Below, one piece after another: positions 19,687 to 30,392 of a stretch of 61,399 nt of DNA. A model generated the notes under the pieces. That model did not search any database. It was not told the origin of the DNA and saw nothing but the letters and a program-made list of their open reading frames with translations. Positions within the stretch are counted from its first letter, which is position 1; every line of letters begins with the position of its first letter. The position numbers and the translations under genes are program-made. Source of the DNA: a virus (lineage: Duplodnaviria; Caudoviricetes); IMG/VR virus record IMGVR_UViG_3300017761_006794, positions 1 through 61,399 of that record; one strand, given 5' to 3'.

Positions 19687-20109
19687 TTACTGCCTACCGT
19701 GTATAGAAAAGTAAACTTTTCTTTTTAGATCTGTGAGAGAGTACTCATGATTTCTGTCACAGAAATATACCGGGATCCCAACCTTTTCACCAGTGTAGCT
19801 CTTGCCCACGTAGTCTGATCCTAAGATTCTTACGTGAATCTCTTCCTTGTGAGACTCTAGAAGAGTCTGCAGCTCTCTTTCAGTGCAATACTTCCACACT
19901 TCGTCCACGTCCTTCATTGACAAAAGAACTTCAGCTCTTTCCTCCCATGTCTGCACAGGCTTACACTTGGAAGGTCTGTCTATGGTGGGATCATCCTGTA
20001 GAAGAACAATCAGCCTGTCACAGGCCTTTTCCTTTGCTTCCCTGAACATCCTAACATAACCCGGATGTATCAGGTCAAATGACCCCGCAATCACTCCGTT
20101 CTTATTCAT
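19687..20109 (-). CDS. Cytidylyltransferase (TagD/glycerol-3-phosphate cytidylyltransferase-like)
   Basis: GSFDLIHPGY (HxGH variant), EER, GSDY, RNHEYS. Confidence 0.85.
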   Translation of the reverse strand: MNKNGVIAGSFDLIHPGYVRMFREAKEKACDRLIVLLQDDPTIDRPSKCKPVQTWEERAEVLLSMKDVDEVWKYCTERELQTLLESHKEEIHVRILGSDYVGKSYTGEKVGIPVYFCDRNHEYSLTDLKRKVYFSIHGRQ

Positions 20110-21073
20110 CTCTCTTACTCACCGCTCTACCGACCTGCTTCTCCCAGTCCCTGTCCTCAGGAGGTCGAACCTCAAGATTCTTGTCCCATGCAGCTTGCAT
20201 CACTGTCGGTCTTACCCCGTACCCTCTTGCGACACTCATGAGAGCGTTAATATCCTTGGGAAAACAGTGACCCCCGAAACCTCTCACATATCGACCGTCT
20301 TGTGTCGGAACAGGACCGGGAACTGACCAATGGGTCTCACCGAGACGGTGATCAAACTTGATGTATTCAACAACCTTATCATAGTCAACGTTCAGGCCTT
20401 CTTTGTCAAGCTCCTCGCAGACTTGCGCAACCTCGTTCGCAAAAGCAACCTTCACCGCTAGAAGACAGTTTGTTGTGTACTTCACCATCTCTGCAGTGGT
20501 GGAGCTTGTCTTGATGATCGGAACTTTTGGAAATGCTCTCATGAAGATATTTCTGACAGTGTTGATATACGGTCTTGGGCCGCCAAGAACTATTCTACCC
20601 TGAGTTCGCATGTCATCAAGCGCATTTGCTTCGGTGAGAAACTCAGGATTGAAGACAATGTGAAGATCGAGATCACTGAAACGCTTGTTCCACTTCTCTG
20701 TAGAACCTGGCGGGACAGTAGACTTTAGAACCGCAATTCGTTGTGGACTGTCTGCTCCATAAGGGGCGGATGAGATGAGCTCAAGCACGTCCTCAACAAT
20801 TCTTGTGTCAGGTGAACCGTCTTCGTACATGGGCGTAGGAACACAAATGAAGTACACGCCAGAAAATCCTGAAGTTGCCTCACACTCTCTGACAAAGTCA
20901 GTGATTGAAGTCGGGGTAACAACTTCCTCGGTTAGCTGTCTTGTGAAGAAAGGTGTACCTCCCTGCGCAACCTTGCCAGCCTTGTCATACACATAGACCC
21001 TTTCACCTCTCTCTGAAAACACTGTCGTGAGGCTGCCTCCGACAAAGCCTTGTCCGATAACTGCTATGCTCAT
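20102..21073 (-). CDS. UDP-glucose/GDP-mannose dehydrogenase family protein (short form)
   Basis: GQGFVG, ICVPTP, KSTVPPG, NPEFL, GFGGHCFPKD. Confidence 0.9.
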   Translation of the reverse strand: MSIAVIGQGFVGGSLTTVFSERGERVYVYDKAGKVAQGGTPFFTRQLTEEVVTPTSITDFVRECEATSGFSGVYFICVPTPMYEDGSPDTRIVEDVLELISSAPYGADSPQRIAVLKSTVPPGSTEKWNKRFSDLDLHIVFNPEFLTEANALDDMRTQGRIVLGGPRPYINTVRNIFMRAFPKVPIIKTSSTTAEMVKYTTNCLLAVKVAFANEVAQVCEELDKEGLNVDYDKVVEYIKFDHRLGETHWSVPGPVPTQDGRYVRGFGGHCFPKDINALMSVARGYGVRPTVMQAAWDKNLEVRPPEDRDWEKQVGRAVSKRDE

Positions 21074-22044
21074 TTAATCCTCTCTGTCTCATTCTTAAAG
21101 TCTGATTCGAACATGAGTCTTGCAAGATCTTTGAAGGTAGTCTTGGGAACCCAGCCAAGCTTTTCTCTTGCTTTTGAGTAGTTTCCCTCCAGCCAAGGGA
21201 CCTCGTGAGGGCGCTTTAACCTTTCATCGATGATAAGGTGCTCGTCCACATCGAGACCCGCAATATCAAACACTTCGTTCAGGAATTCTCTGACCGTGTG
21301 GGTCTCACCAGTGGCAACAACGTAATCATCAGGTTTGTCCTGTTGGAGCATGAGCCACATTACCTCGACGTAGTCCTTAGCGTAGCCCCAATCTCGTAGA
21401 GCGTCAAGGTTGCCAAGAGCAATCTTGTTCTGAAGACCAAGTTTGATTCTGGCTGCCGCAAGTGTGATCTTTCGAGTCACAAACGTCTCGCCCCGCCGTG
21501 GACTCTCATGGTTGAACAGAATACCAGAAGACGCGTGGATTCCATAACCCTCACGATAGTTTCGAGTGAGACCGTGAGCAAAGGCCTTGGCGCAGGCATA
21601 AGGAGAGGCCGGCATGAGCCGGGTTTCCTCATTTTGTGGGTGCTCAGGGTTATCACCGTACATTTCAGAAGAAGAAGCCTGATAGAAACGACATTCAGGC
21701 TGCATTGTTCGGATGCACTCTAGAAGACGAAGAGGCCCCATTGCAACAGTGTCTACTGTCTCCTCAGGTACGTCAAATGAAACTCGGACATGCGACTGTG
21801 CTGCAAGATTGTAGACTTCGTCAAACTTCTGGTTTGCGAATAAACGATAGAAGGCTCCTGCATCATTCATGGACCCATAGACAAGTTGGAAGTTTGAATG
21901 AGAGAGGAGGTTGTCTATTCTGTCAGTCGCTAGAAGCGAAGTCCTTCTTTTTACCCCAATGACTCGATACCCTTTCTCAAGAAGAAACTCGGCAAGGTAG
22001 CTTCCGTCCTGACCGGTCACGCCGGTTATTAGAGCTGTTTTCAT
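21070..22044 (-). CDS. gmd: GDP-mannose 4,6-dehydratase
   Basis: ALITGVTGQDGSYLAE, NLAAQSHV, QASSSE, GILFNHESPRRGETFVTRKI. Confidence 0.96.
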   Translation of the reverse strand: MKTALITGVTGQDGSYLAEFLLEKGYRVIGVKRRTSLLATDRIDNLLSHSNFQLVYGSMNDAGAFYRLFANQKFDEVYNLAAQSHVRVSFDVPEETVDTVAMGPLRLLECIRTMQPECRFYQASSSEMYGDNPEHPQNEETRLMPASPYACAKAFAHGLTRNYREGYGIHASSGILFNHESPRRGETFVTRKITLAAARIKLGLQNKIALGNLDALRDWGYAKDYVEVMWLMLQQDKPDDYVVATGETHTVREFLNEVFDIAGLDVDEHLIIDERLKRPHEVPWLEGNYSKAREKLGWVPKTTFKDLARLMFESDFKNETERIK

Positions 22045-22985
22045 TTTCTAATGGTAACACCTCGAACGCGAGGGTATCTTTCGGTGAAGCTGTTTATTGT
22101 CTCTCTCAAACCAAGACGTAGTGGGGTGTACTGTCCGTCCCATCCAAGTCCTCTGAGTCTCTGGTTTGATGATGGTTTCTCATATTGTCCGTCAGGCTTT
22201 GAGGAATCAAAGCTCACAATTCCCTCGTAGCCCATCTCTTCGGCTATCATAATTGAAAGATCTTCGATAGAGACCCAATCAGGATTACCGATGTTGACTG
22301 GTTCCTCACCGTCATAGTTTTCTGCAAGCCACAGAATGATCTTGGCTGCGTCCCTGGCAAAGGTGAACTCGCGGATTGGGCGTCCAGACCCCCAGACAAC
22401 AACTTCATTCCTGCCTGTTTGCATTGCCTCGTGGAACTTACGGATGAGAGCTGGAATGACGTGACCGCTGTTGAGATCGTAGTTGTCATTGATACCGTAG
22501 AGGTTGTTCGGGATGACTGAGATGAAGTTACAACCGTACTGCTGGCGGTAAGCCCGACTCTGGACATCGAGCATCCTCTTTGCGTAAGCATACCCAAAGT
22601 TCGATAGATGCGGAGGACCCATGTGAAGCTGATCCTCTGTGAGCGGGTACTTCACGTAAGACGCGTCTGGGTAGATGCAAGTAGAGAGCACAGAGACAAG
22701 CTTCAGATTCTTCTCCCTACAAGCATTCAAGACGTTCATGTTCATCTTGACGTTGTCGTCAAAGAAGTCAGCAACATAGTCAGTATTAGCCTTCACGCCT
22801 CCGACCCTTGCAGCACAGTGAATGACCGTGTCTACTCGTCCATCTTCCAGAGTGAGGATAGCATGATTCGAATCTGTGAGATCGCATTCCTTGGAGCTGA
22901 TTCCAATTGCTGATCTTTCGAGAACAATGATCTCGCTCCCAAGTAAACCGGATGAACCAGTGACAAGCTTCTTTCTTTCAAACAC
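22041..22985 (-). CDS. fcl: GDP-L-fucose synthase-like epimerase/reductase
   Basis: HCAARVGG, STCIYP, YAYAK, HVIPALIRKF, WGSGRPIREF. Confidence 0.92.
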   Translation of the reverse strand: MFERKKLVTGSSGLLGSEIIVLERSAIGISSKECDLTDSNHAILTLEDGRVDTVIHCAARVGGVKANTDYVADFFDDNVKMNMNVLNACREKNLKLVSVLSTCIYPDASYVKYPLTEDQLHMGPPHLSNFGYAYAKRMLDVQSRAYRQQYGCNFISVIPNNLYGINDNYDLNSGHVIPALIRKFHEAMQTGRNEVVVWGSGRPIREFTFARDAAKIILWLAENYDGEEPVNIGNPDWVSIEDLSIMIAEEMGYEGIVSFDSSKPDGQYEKPSSNQRLRGLGWDGQYTPLRLGLRETINSFTERYPRVRGVTIRK

Positions 22986-23044
22986 GTTGACTCACCAGGC
23001 TACTTTTGTTTATCGACAAAGATGAGATCTCCAAGCTGCTACTT

Positions 23045-24088
23045 CTACAGTCTTTGGCTGATGTAGTCTCTCATCCACTCATAGCAATAGTACTTTTCAA
23101 GTATCGACTCTTGTTTTATTTTGCACTCTGCATAGAGGTCTTGATCATTAGCTATCTGTAGAATGTTCTCAACAAACTCTCTCGGTGTGCTCACTATGCA
23201 CTTCTCGTGAAATCCATCACCGCTCTCAAACGGGAAAACAACGTCCATCTCCTGCATTATCAAGAGAGAATCACGAGAAAGTCCCTCAAAGAATCTTCCG
23301 CATAGGTGACCGGTTCCCTTCAAGTGCAGGAAGAAACGATACTCATTGAACTGATTCAGAAACTCTTCCTGAGGAAGTCCTGACTTAATCACGAGATAAT
23401 TCTGGATCTCGACAAGAAAGTCTCTTCTATTACACCACTCATCTGGTCTTTCTGTCTGGAACCGATAGATGGGGGCACCTGACCAAAAACACCCATTGAT
23501 TCCCTTGTTCCCTTTGACTCTGTTCTCGAAGAGTCTCCAAACACTTTTCCCTTCGCTTCCACCGAAGAACGGGAAAGGGTGGACTCTCTTGTCATATTCA
23601 TACGTGTGCGTTCTTCGATACTCTCTCTTAAAGACTGCGTCAACGTGATAACCCTGTCCATCAAGCCAGTCCATCCCTCTTTTGATCAGTGGAGAGTCAT
23701 TTCCATCGAATATCGCGACCTTCTTTACTCCAAGCCTTGAGATTGTCTTGAAAATAGAATGGAAAAGATCTCTTCGACCCTCAATGTCCGATTCATTGGA
23801 AACTGTTGTCGGGGCTATGCAGTGTACTCTTGCGTCCATCCAATACCCAAGAGAATTCACGGGCCACTTGATGACAGCAAGGTCATATGGACCTGAGAGA
23901 CTTGTCTCATCAAGAATCTTCACCCCGTATGTCTCGGTAGCCTTTCCGTCGCTCATTAGACCCGATTGAACAGTCGGTATCTTGTTACCTTCCACCCAGG
24001 GACAGTAATAGTCGACATTCTTGAAAAGCTTCGTAGCTAGCGGGTAGTGCTTTTGTGGATCTACGAATAACACTCGATCATTTGACAT
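23045..24088 (-). CDS. Putative glycosyltransferase (GT-B C-terminal, exostosin/CgeB-like)
   Basis: VFKRE and FFLHLKGTGHLCGRFFE pattern; paralogous pattern to 31989..32891; inside the glycan island. Confidence 0.55.
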   Translation of the reverse strand: MSNDRVLFVDPQKHYPLATKLFKNVDYYCPWVEGNKIPTVQSGLMSDGKATETYGVKILDETSLSGPYDLAVIKWPVNSLGYWMDARVHCIAPTTVSNESDIEGRRDLFHSIFKTISRLGVKKVAIFDGNDSPLIKRGMDWLDGQGYHVDAVFKREYRRTHTYEYDKRVHPFPFFGGSEGKSVWRLFENRVKGNKGINGCFWSGAPIYRFQTERPDEWCNRRDFLVEIQNYLVIKSGLPQEEFLNQFNEYRFFLHLKGTGHLCGRFFEGLSRDSLLIMQEMDVVFPFESGDGFHEKCIVSTPREFVENILQIANDQDLYAECKIKQESILEKYYCYEWMRDYISQRL

Positions 24089-24392
24089 TCAGTTTTTTTC
24101 TCCAATCAACAGCGTTGATTCCCTTGTCGTCAATGAAGACATCAGCGTGTGGCTTTCGGTTAGTAATGAGTTCATGATACTTGAAACCCCACTCACCCAA
24201 CTGTTCGGCGGTGAATTGTGTCAAGTCTCTGCCCGAGACTGAACCCCTGGCTGTCATGAAGATGATCTTGTGTCCCTCCTCATAGAGTCTGTTCACCTCA
24301 ACAAGAACGTCAGGAAAGGGTGTAGCGTCTTGATAGTTACCGCTTTCAACTGAAGTGCAGATTGTCCCATCAATATCAAAACAATAGATCAT
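24078..24392 (-). CDS. HAD-superfamily phosphatase (capsule biosynthesis phosphatase-like)
   Basis: FDIDGTI, TARG, KP, FIDDK. Confidence 0.88.
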   Translation of the reverse strand: MIYCFDIDGTICTSVESGNYQDATPFPDVLVEVNRLYEEGHKIIFMTARGSVSGRDLTQFTAEQLGEWGFKYHELITNRKPHADVFIDDKGINAVDWRKKLNVK

Positions 24393-24398
24393 GTGATC

Positions 24399-24899
24399 TT
24401 ACGCCGGAACATGAAGAATGACCTGATGTACGCACTCTACAACACCATAGTCGTTGGAATCGACCCATATGTCAAGAGAAGAAAAGCCTGAGTATTGGGT
24501 TCTGAGTTTGTTCGACTCATTGAAACCAGTCAATATGACATACTTGATGCCCTGCTTGACGCAAAAGTCCGCACTTCTCAGAATGTTCTCAGAATTTCCT
24601 GATGACGAAATCAGGATCACGAGTGATTTCTTGTCGCTAAACTCGAACAAAAATTGTGCGTAAGCGTTCTCCATCCCATAATCATTGATGTAGCACGTCA
24701 ATCTTGAAGGGTCTGAGAAGGTGAAGGCGGTCTTTTTCAGCTTTTTCGTGTAATCTTGAGAGATGTGGCTCGCAATTGCAGAGCTCCCACCGTTACCGAG
24801 TATGATAATCTTGTCATGATTGTCGACAAGTCGGCTCAGCTCAGATGTCTTGTCAGGACTAATCTTCTTGATGCAACTAACGAGTTCATCAACTTTCAT
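24399..24899 (-). CDS. gmhA: SIS-domain phosphoheptose isomerase
   Basis: GNGGSSAIASH, ISSSGNSENIL, YGVVECVH. Confidence 0.85.
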   Translation of the reverse strand: MKVDELVSCIKKISPDKTSELSRLVDNHDKIIILGNGGSSAIASHISQDYTKKLKKTAFTFSDPSRLTCYINDYGMENAYAQFLFEFSDKKSLVILISSSGNSENILRSADFCVKQGIKYVILTGFNESNKLRTQYSGFSSLDIWVDSNDYGVVECVHQVILHVPA

Positions 24900-24902
24900 C
24901 TT

Positions 24903-25862
24903 TCACCTCATGTCAAATGCTTGTGGACCATCAGTACACACTGATACTCTAACTGCCCGTTTTCCATTTTTCATTTGAGAATCTTCAAATTTTGTGTTCT
25001 TCTCAGTGAAGACAAGGAAAAATCCCCCATTGCCTGCCCCGAGCAGTCTGTGAGCAAGAACGTCTTTGTCATTAGACAAGCTGTTGTCTAATCTTGCGAC
25101 ATTCTCGTTTTCAAGAATCTTGCCTGTCTTCTTCTTTTCTTCCCAACCAGCAGAAATAAGTTCCAGAAAAGTCTTTCTATCACTGTTTAGAATCGACTGG
25201 TGCATCCTGTCGACAATCTCAAGAAGAGGCTTACACTTATCTGTGTCTATAGACTTCAGGACATCAGTTGAGCTTCTGCTGGTGCCTGTGCTAACAAGAT
25301 ACATGTTGAAGTTATCAAGAAATTTGACTTCAAGACTTTCGGCTTCCACCTTTCCGCCACGCCAGAAGTGCAACCTGTTAAAGCCACCAGTTCCGCAGCC
25401 GTAAGGATCTTGATATCCTGTGAGACCGTTAAACTGTCTTTCTAGTCTTAGGGCAAGACTGCACAGCTCACTTTTTTCTATGTTGGTCTTCATTCCCTTG
25501 TGAACTGCTGTCAAAAGAGCTATCAGGTATGCCGTGGAAGAAGCAAGTCCAGAACCGCTGGAGTACACATCGCTCGTGAACCATAGAGTGGTGGGGTTCA
25601 CGCGGTAGTGATCAAGAACAACTCTTGCAACGTCATTCTTGATTTCTGAAACCTTATCAACAACTTCCCTGTTCATGTAGTTGATAACATACTTTTCATC
25701 AAGCCCGTTGAGACCAAGTCGATCAAAATTCAAGGCAATGTGACAGTAGATGTTTGCGGAGAAGCTCAAAACGCTACCGTACCCGTACCTTTGCAAAAAC
25801 TGATCCAGGTCGGTAGAACCTCCCGCTAGTGAAACCCTCACGGGACACCGTGAGACTATCAC
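24903..25862 (-). CDS. hddA: GHMP sugar kinase, D-glycero-alpha-D-manno-heptose 7-phosphate kinase-like
   Basis: PVRVSLAGGSTD, GSGLASS, GYQD, LLGAGNGGF; adjacent to gmhA. Confidence 0.85.
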   Translation of the reverse strand: MIVSRCPVRVSLAGGSTDLDQFLQRYGYGSVLSFSANIYCHIALNFDRLGLNGLDEKYVINYMNREVVDKVSEIKNDVARVVLDHYRVNPTTLWFTSDVYSSGSGLASSTAYLIALLTAVHKGMKTNIEKSELCSLALRLERQFNGLTGYQDPYGCGTGGFNRLHFWRGGKVEAESLEVKFLDNFNMYLVSTGTSRSSTDVLKSIDTDKCKPLLEIVDRMHQSILNSDRKTFLELISAGWEEKKKTGKILENENVARLDNSLSNDKDVLAHRLLGAGNGGFFLVFTEKNTKFEDSQMKNGKRAVRVSVCTDGPQAFDMR

Positions 25863-26509
25863 TGTTTCACCTGCGAGATTTCTAACTCAAAGATGTAAGC
25901 AGCCTTCCTTTGACCTTTTGCCGTCAGTCTATAGTTAGCGTTCTTCAGAATAAATTCTCGTTCTATCTCGTCATGGTTATACGTCTCAATATCATCAAAC
26001 ACCATGATACCACCATTGCTCATCTTGTTTTCGAAGAAAACAAACTCATCTATCACGTCTTGACGAGTGTGTTGTCCGTCAAAGTGAACCAGAGAATACT
26101 TTCCTAGAATTGACTTCTTGCCGCTTCTGTCATCATATACTGGTATACCATCGGCATACCTTCTGAAGTATTCACTTGACTCGATGAACAGGAAATTGAT
26201 GTTCCAGTTATTCTGATCTGCTATTTGAAACAATGAAGAAGCAGTCTTCCTTCTCATGTTGTTAGAATACCCACCATCATGATCACCAAGCACATCGTCA
26301 AAATAAGGAATTGACCCATACGGGTCAATCGCAACATGCTGATTTGCGAATCTCTTCTCATCGTTTGTCTGAACTTCTTGCATGATCCGAAACGAGCCAA
26401 GTCCCATTCTGACTCCTATTTCGCAAGTCAAACCTGGAACATTGTTACGAGAAATCTGCTGCGCAGCAGCAACAAGTATCTCGTACTCCAGACCATCACC
26501 TTCTATCAT
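25859..26509 (-). CDS. Class I SAM-dependent methyltransferase (Methyltransf_24/TylF-like)
   Basis: CEIGVRMG, AIDPY, VHFDGQH, VFDD. Confidence 0.8.
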   Translation of the reverse strand: MIEGDGLEYEILVAAAQQISRNNVPGLTCEIGVRMGLGSFRIMQEVQTNDEKRFANQHVAIDPYGSIPYFDDVLGDHDGGYSNNMRRKTASSLFQIADQNNWNINFLFIESSEYFRRYADGIPVYDDRSGKKSILGKYSLVHFDGQHTRQDVIDEFVFFENKMSNGGIMVFDDIETYNHDEIEREFILKNANYRLTAKGQRKAAYIFELEISQVKQ

Positions 26510-27498
26510 TTGCACTCCAAGTAGTGAGTTTTGAACTGTTTCATCACATGTTCTGGTTTGCAAAAGTTAGAGTATGCATCCCAGTTTTTAGACCGAACAA
26601 AGTCCTTGTTTATTCCAAGAAGAATTCGAACAAGCTGCTGTGGGTCAGAGTAGTGTAGACATTTTTCTCCTAACATCATGATGTGTGCTTTGTCTGCACA
26701 GTGAACAGGATTCGTAACAACAGGCTTGTTCTTGATAGAAAATTCTGCAACAGCTAGTCCGAAAGTTTCACCATCGATTCTTGAATGAATCATTGCATCG
26801 CAAGTGTTGATAAACTTTGACTTGTGCAGTAGGTCAGTAGAAGGGTCAAGAAACAGGGCTCTTTCATGCGTTGTGAATCTCGGAGTGTTCATGAAGACAA
26901 ACCATAGATCACTTCGAGCATTCAAAGCGTGTTCTATGACTTGATAGACCCATTTGCTCGGACCACCATCCCACCACGTTTCTACGCCACCATGACGACC
27001 AAACACAAAAGCTTCTTGAGGAATGCCGAGATTATCTCTGAGAGATTCTGAAGACTCAGGCAAGTGAACCATGCACGGAACAACAGGCCAGTTTGTTCCG
27101 TGCTTCAAGTTCATGTAATCGCACTGGACGGAGTAAACGTCTCCATGCGGTTCATCCGATCTAAAAACGCACTGTATTAAATTTCTACAAGCGTCTGACT
27201 GGAAACCATCAATCTCTCCGCCCTTGATGACATAGAGGGCATCAACTTTTTCTCTTTCACATATTTCAGTGATTGACCTGCGAGCAGCAATATCTTTTCT
27301 GTCGTACTTTATTGGATCGTCATAGAGAAAAACTTTGAAATGCTCATCAAACTTCGATTTTGCGTGTAGGTTCCTTGTCGAGGGGCTAATGATTATCGAC
27401 TCATGACCAAGTAGCTTCTGGTTGTAGAAGGCATAGTCAAACATAGTGATCTCGGTGCCTCTATATCCAAGCTGCATCGAATGAAAGGCTATCTTCAT
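26506..27498 (-). CDS. Glycosyltransferase (GT4-like)
   Basis: RGTE, FGRHGG, GETFGLAVAEFS. Confidence 0.8.
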   Translation of the reverse strand: MKIAFHSMQLGYRGTEITMFDYAFYNQKLLGHESIIISPSTRNLHAKSKFDEHFKVFLYDDPIKYDRKDIAARRSITEICEREKVDALYVIKGGEIDGFQSDACRNLIQCVFRSDEPHGDVYSVQCDYMNLKHGTNWPVVPCMVHLPESSESLRDNLGIPQEAFVFGRHGGVETWWDGGPSKWVYQVIEHALNARSDLWFVFMNTPRFTTHERALFLDPSTDLLHKSKFINTCDAMIHSRIDGETFGLAVAEFSIKNKPVVTNPVHCADKAHIMMLGEKCLHYSDPQQLVRILLGINKDFVRSKNWDAYSNFCKPEHVMKQFKTHYLECK

Positions 27499-27499
27499 G

Positions 27500-28834
27500 T
27501 CACTTCCTATTGATACGCATGAATTCTTGAACACATTCCTTGACATAGTCAAGCTGAGCGCTGTCTATCACTGGGGAAGTTCCTAGAAAGAAGGTGTCAA
27601 GCGTGACTTTGGTCGCTATTGGATAGTCACTCATGGCTTTCTCTCTTGGAACAAGATGCTCATAGGCTGGTTGTAGCGCAATGTTGCCAGCAAAATAAGT
27701 TCTTGTCTGAATCTTTCTGCTTTCTAGAAACCCCGTGATAGAACTTCTACTGAAATTCTTTCTATCTTTAATGGTGAGGGGAAACGCAAACCAGCTGGGG
27801 TCTGCTCCCTCAGTTGCTCTTGGCAGATGAAAGAAACTCTCATACGGCTCAAAGATCTTCATCAATCGAGAGTAGTTTTCACGACGTCTCTTCCCAATCT
27901 CTTCAAGCTTTTCAAGCTGCACAAGACCGAGTGAAGCCTGCAGGTCTATCGGTTTCAGGTTGTAGCCGATTTCTTCGTAGACATATTTGTGATCAAAGAG
28001 CTCATTTGGGAACGCCGGAACCCAGTTCGAGAACCTGACCTTGCAAGTCCCATCTCTCAGGAGGTTGGCAGACTTCCCAACACAGTAGCATCCACGCCCC
28101 CATTCCCTGAAGCTTCTAACCACGACTTCTTGTTCATGAGTTTTAGTTGCGACAAAACCGCCTTCTCCCATCGTGATATGATGCGCAGGGTAGAATGAGC
28201 AGCTTGACATTTCTCCGAAAGAACCGAGCTGGTGACCCTTGTAAGTGCTTCCGAGAGCGTCGCAAGTGTCTTCAAGGAGAATAAGGTCATACTTCTTCAC
28301 GATGGCCATGACATCGTCCATGTTCGGTGGATTTCCAAGGACGTGTGCAAAGATCACGGCTTTTGCACCCTTGACAGCGGCAGCTTCCATCTGTTCAATG
28401 TTGATGTTCAGAGTGTCAATCTCGATATCAACAAATACAGGCTCAAATCCGTTTTGTATGATTGGGTTTACCGTAGTGGGAAATCCCGCAATCGGAGTGA
28501 TGATCTTGGTTCCAGCTGGTAGAGAATACAGTCTCTTTGACTTTAGGGCAGAAACCATGACCAGATTTGAACTTGACCCGCTGTTTGTCAAGATGCCGTG
28601 ACTCTTCCCAAGATACTTCGGAAATTTCTTCTCGAATCTTATTGATTCATCACCCATTACGAGCCACTCTCCCAAAAGAGTCTTCACAGCTCTCGTGTAC
28701 TCATTGCTGTCATACAGGGGACCAGCGTACTGAACCCAGTCAACTCCTGGGTGCCAAACTCTTTCAGACTTTTTCTCGTCAATGTAGTCCTTGACAAGGG
28801 AAAGGATTTGCTGGACTTTTTCATCGTTGCTCAT
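27500..28834 (-). CDS. rfbH: CDP-4-keto-6-deoxyglucose 3-dehydrase (RfbH/DdhC, PLP/Fe-S)
   Basis: NSGSSSN, FPTTVNP, EDTCDALG, SFYPAHHITMGEGG, WGRGCYC, DHKYVY, GYNLK. Confidence 0.93.
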   Translation of the reverse strand: MSNDEKVQQILSLVKDYIDEKKSERVWHPGVDWVQYAGPLYDSNEYTRAVKTLLGEWLVMGDESIRFEKKFPKYLGKSHGILTNSGSSSNLVMVSALKSKRLYSLPAGTKIITPIAGFPTTVNPIIQNGFEPVFVDIEIDTLNINIEQMEAAAVKGAKAVIFAHVLGNPPNMDDVMAIVKKYDLILLEDTCDALGSTYKGHQLGSFGEMSSCSFYPAHHITMGEGGFVATKTHEQEVVVRSFREWGRGCYCVGKSANLLRDGTCKVRFSNWVPAFPNELFDHKYVYEEIGYNLKPIDLQASLGLVQLEKLEEIGKRRRENYSRLMKIFEPYESFFHLPRATEGADPSWFAFPLTIKDRKNFSRSSITGFLESRKIQTRTYFAGNIALQPAYEHLVPREKAMSDYPIATKVTLDTFFLGTSPVIDSAQLDYVKECVQEFMRINRK

Positions 28835-28840
28835 GAGCCC

Positions 28841-29473
28841 TCAGAAGTGTGAGAAGATGTTGACGCCTCTTTGGAAGAGTTCTCCGACAAGCCGAACCTC
28901 TTCTTCTCTCTTGTCCTGAGTGAAACGTCTTCCGTGAAACTCGACATGAAGATCCGTGATAGCCCACGCAGTGCCAGTATCAAGCAGGTCCTGTATCACT
29001 TCGTACTCAGCGCCCTCAATATCAAGTTTAAGGGCAATCGTGCATTCACCTTTCTGAAACTCGGCAACAGAGTCACGCACTTTCACGTGATTAGACATCA
29101 CGTGCATGATAAACTCACTGAGTCTGATCGTTTGGACTTTCACGTTTTCATAGTCTGTGGTTTCACTTTCAAGAAACCCGTCATTTGAGCTCATGAAAGT
29201 AGATCCACCGCCTGCAGGGAATTCATGTTCAGGTATCTTCTGAAGCTTGAACTCTACTTCAGCAGGCGATGAGGCACCGCACACAGCCCTATCGATCAAA
29301 TAGATCGGTATCTGCGGGTTTGCGCTCACTATGTTCTTGAGGATGAAGTCCTTGAGATACGGGTTCGGTTCAAAGAGGTAGATCTCCCAGTCAGGACCGA
29401 AGTGGTATCGATTGTTGAAGTGGTTTATGCCACCGCCAAGATTAGTGCCGCAGTCAATGAAAACTTTTCTCAA
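28841..29473 (-). CDS. FkbM-family methyltransferase
   Basis: FIDCGTN, FEPNP, KLDIEGAE, VEFH. Confidence 0.85.
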   Translation of the reverse strand: MRKVFIDCGTNLGGGINHFNNRYHFGPDWEIYLFEPNPYLKDFILKNIVSANPQIPIYLIDRAVCGASSPAEVEFKLQKIPEHEFPAGGGSTFMSSNDGFLESETTDYENVKVQTIRLSEFIMHVMSNHVKVRDSVAEFQKGECTIALKLDIEGAEYEVIQDLLDTGTAWAITDLHVEFHGRRFTQDKREEEVRLVGELFQRGVNIFSHF

Positions 29474-29501
29474 GATCCCTTCCTGTCTAAAGAGTAGGGA
29501 A

Positions 29502-30392
29502 CTAGAACCACTTGTATAACTTAGTTTGGGTCGGCTTCCAGCCAATATCACGAATCTTTTGGCAATCTATCGAGTATCGAGTGTCCTGGCCCCACCTGTT
29601 TTCAACAAAGACAACGGAACCCTCGACGTCTTTCCTAAACCACCCAAGCACTGTTTGAGCAACGTCAAAGTTTCTCAGCTGATTATTTGCGCCAATGTTG
29701 TAGATTTCGTTCTCTTGACCATGCGTGATTGCCCTCATGATCGCGGTGACATTGTCTTTGACATAGATCCAGTCCCTGACATAGCTACCGTCACCGTGAA
29801 GCGGTACTTTTCTGCCGCTTTTCATGCAATCCATGATTCTTGGTATGAGCTTCTCGTGGTACTGTCTCTCACCGTAATTGTTGGTGCTTCTAGTGATCAG
29901 ATATTTGACGCCATACGTTCGGTTGTACGCAAGCACCAGCATCTCTGCTGCTGCCTTGCTAGCCGAATAGGGGTTGCTGGGGGTCAGCTTGTCATTTTCA
30001 TTGAACTGACCATCCTCCCTGTCTCCATAAACTTCGTCAGTGCTGATCTGAACGAATAGAGGCCTGTCATACTCTCTTTTCCCCCTTATCAGTTCAAGAA
30101 GATTGTGGGTGCCGAGTATGTTACTCTTCACGAAAGGGACAGTGTCATTGATTGAGTTGTCGACATGACTCTCTGCCGCAAAATTTACGACAACGTCACA
30201 AATGGGAAGGTGATCGATCTCAGAGATGTCAAGCTTCAAAAGCGAGTAGTTCGGATTATTGTCCCATGGCAAAGACACGCTTGAACAGTACGAGATCTTG
30301 TCAATGTCGACAACTTCGTGACCCTCATTCAAAGCGAGCTCCACGAAATGACTTCCGATAAACCCTCTTCCTCCAGTAACAACAAACTTCAC
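29502..30392 (-). CDS. rfbB: dTDP-glucose 4,6-dehydratase
   Basis: TGGRGFIGS, NFAAESHVDNS, STDEVYG, YSASK, NNYG. Confidence 0.93.
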   Translation of the reverse strand: MKFVVTGGRGFIGSHFVELALNEGHEVVDIDKISYCSSVSLPWDNNPNYSLLKLDISEIDHLPICDVVVNFAAESHVDNSINDTVPFVKSNILGTHNLLELIRGKREYDRPLFVQISTDEVYGDREDGQFNENDKLTPSNPYSASKAAAEMLVLAYNRTYGVKYLITRSTNNYGERQYHEKLIPRIMDCMKSGRKVPLHGDGSYVRDWIYVKDNVTAIMRAITHGQENEIYNIGANNQLRNFDVAQTVLGWFRKDVEGSVVFVENRWGQDTRYSIDCQKIRDIGWKPTQTKLYKWF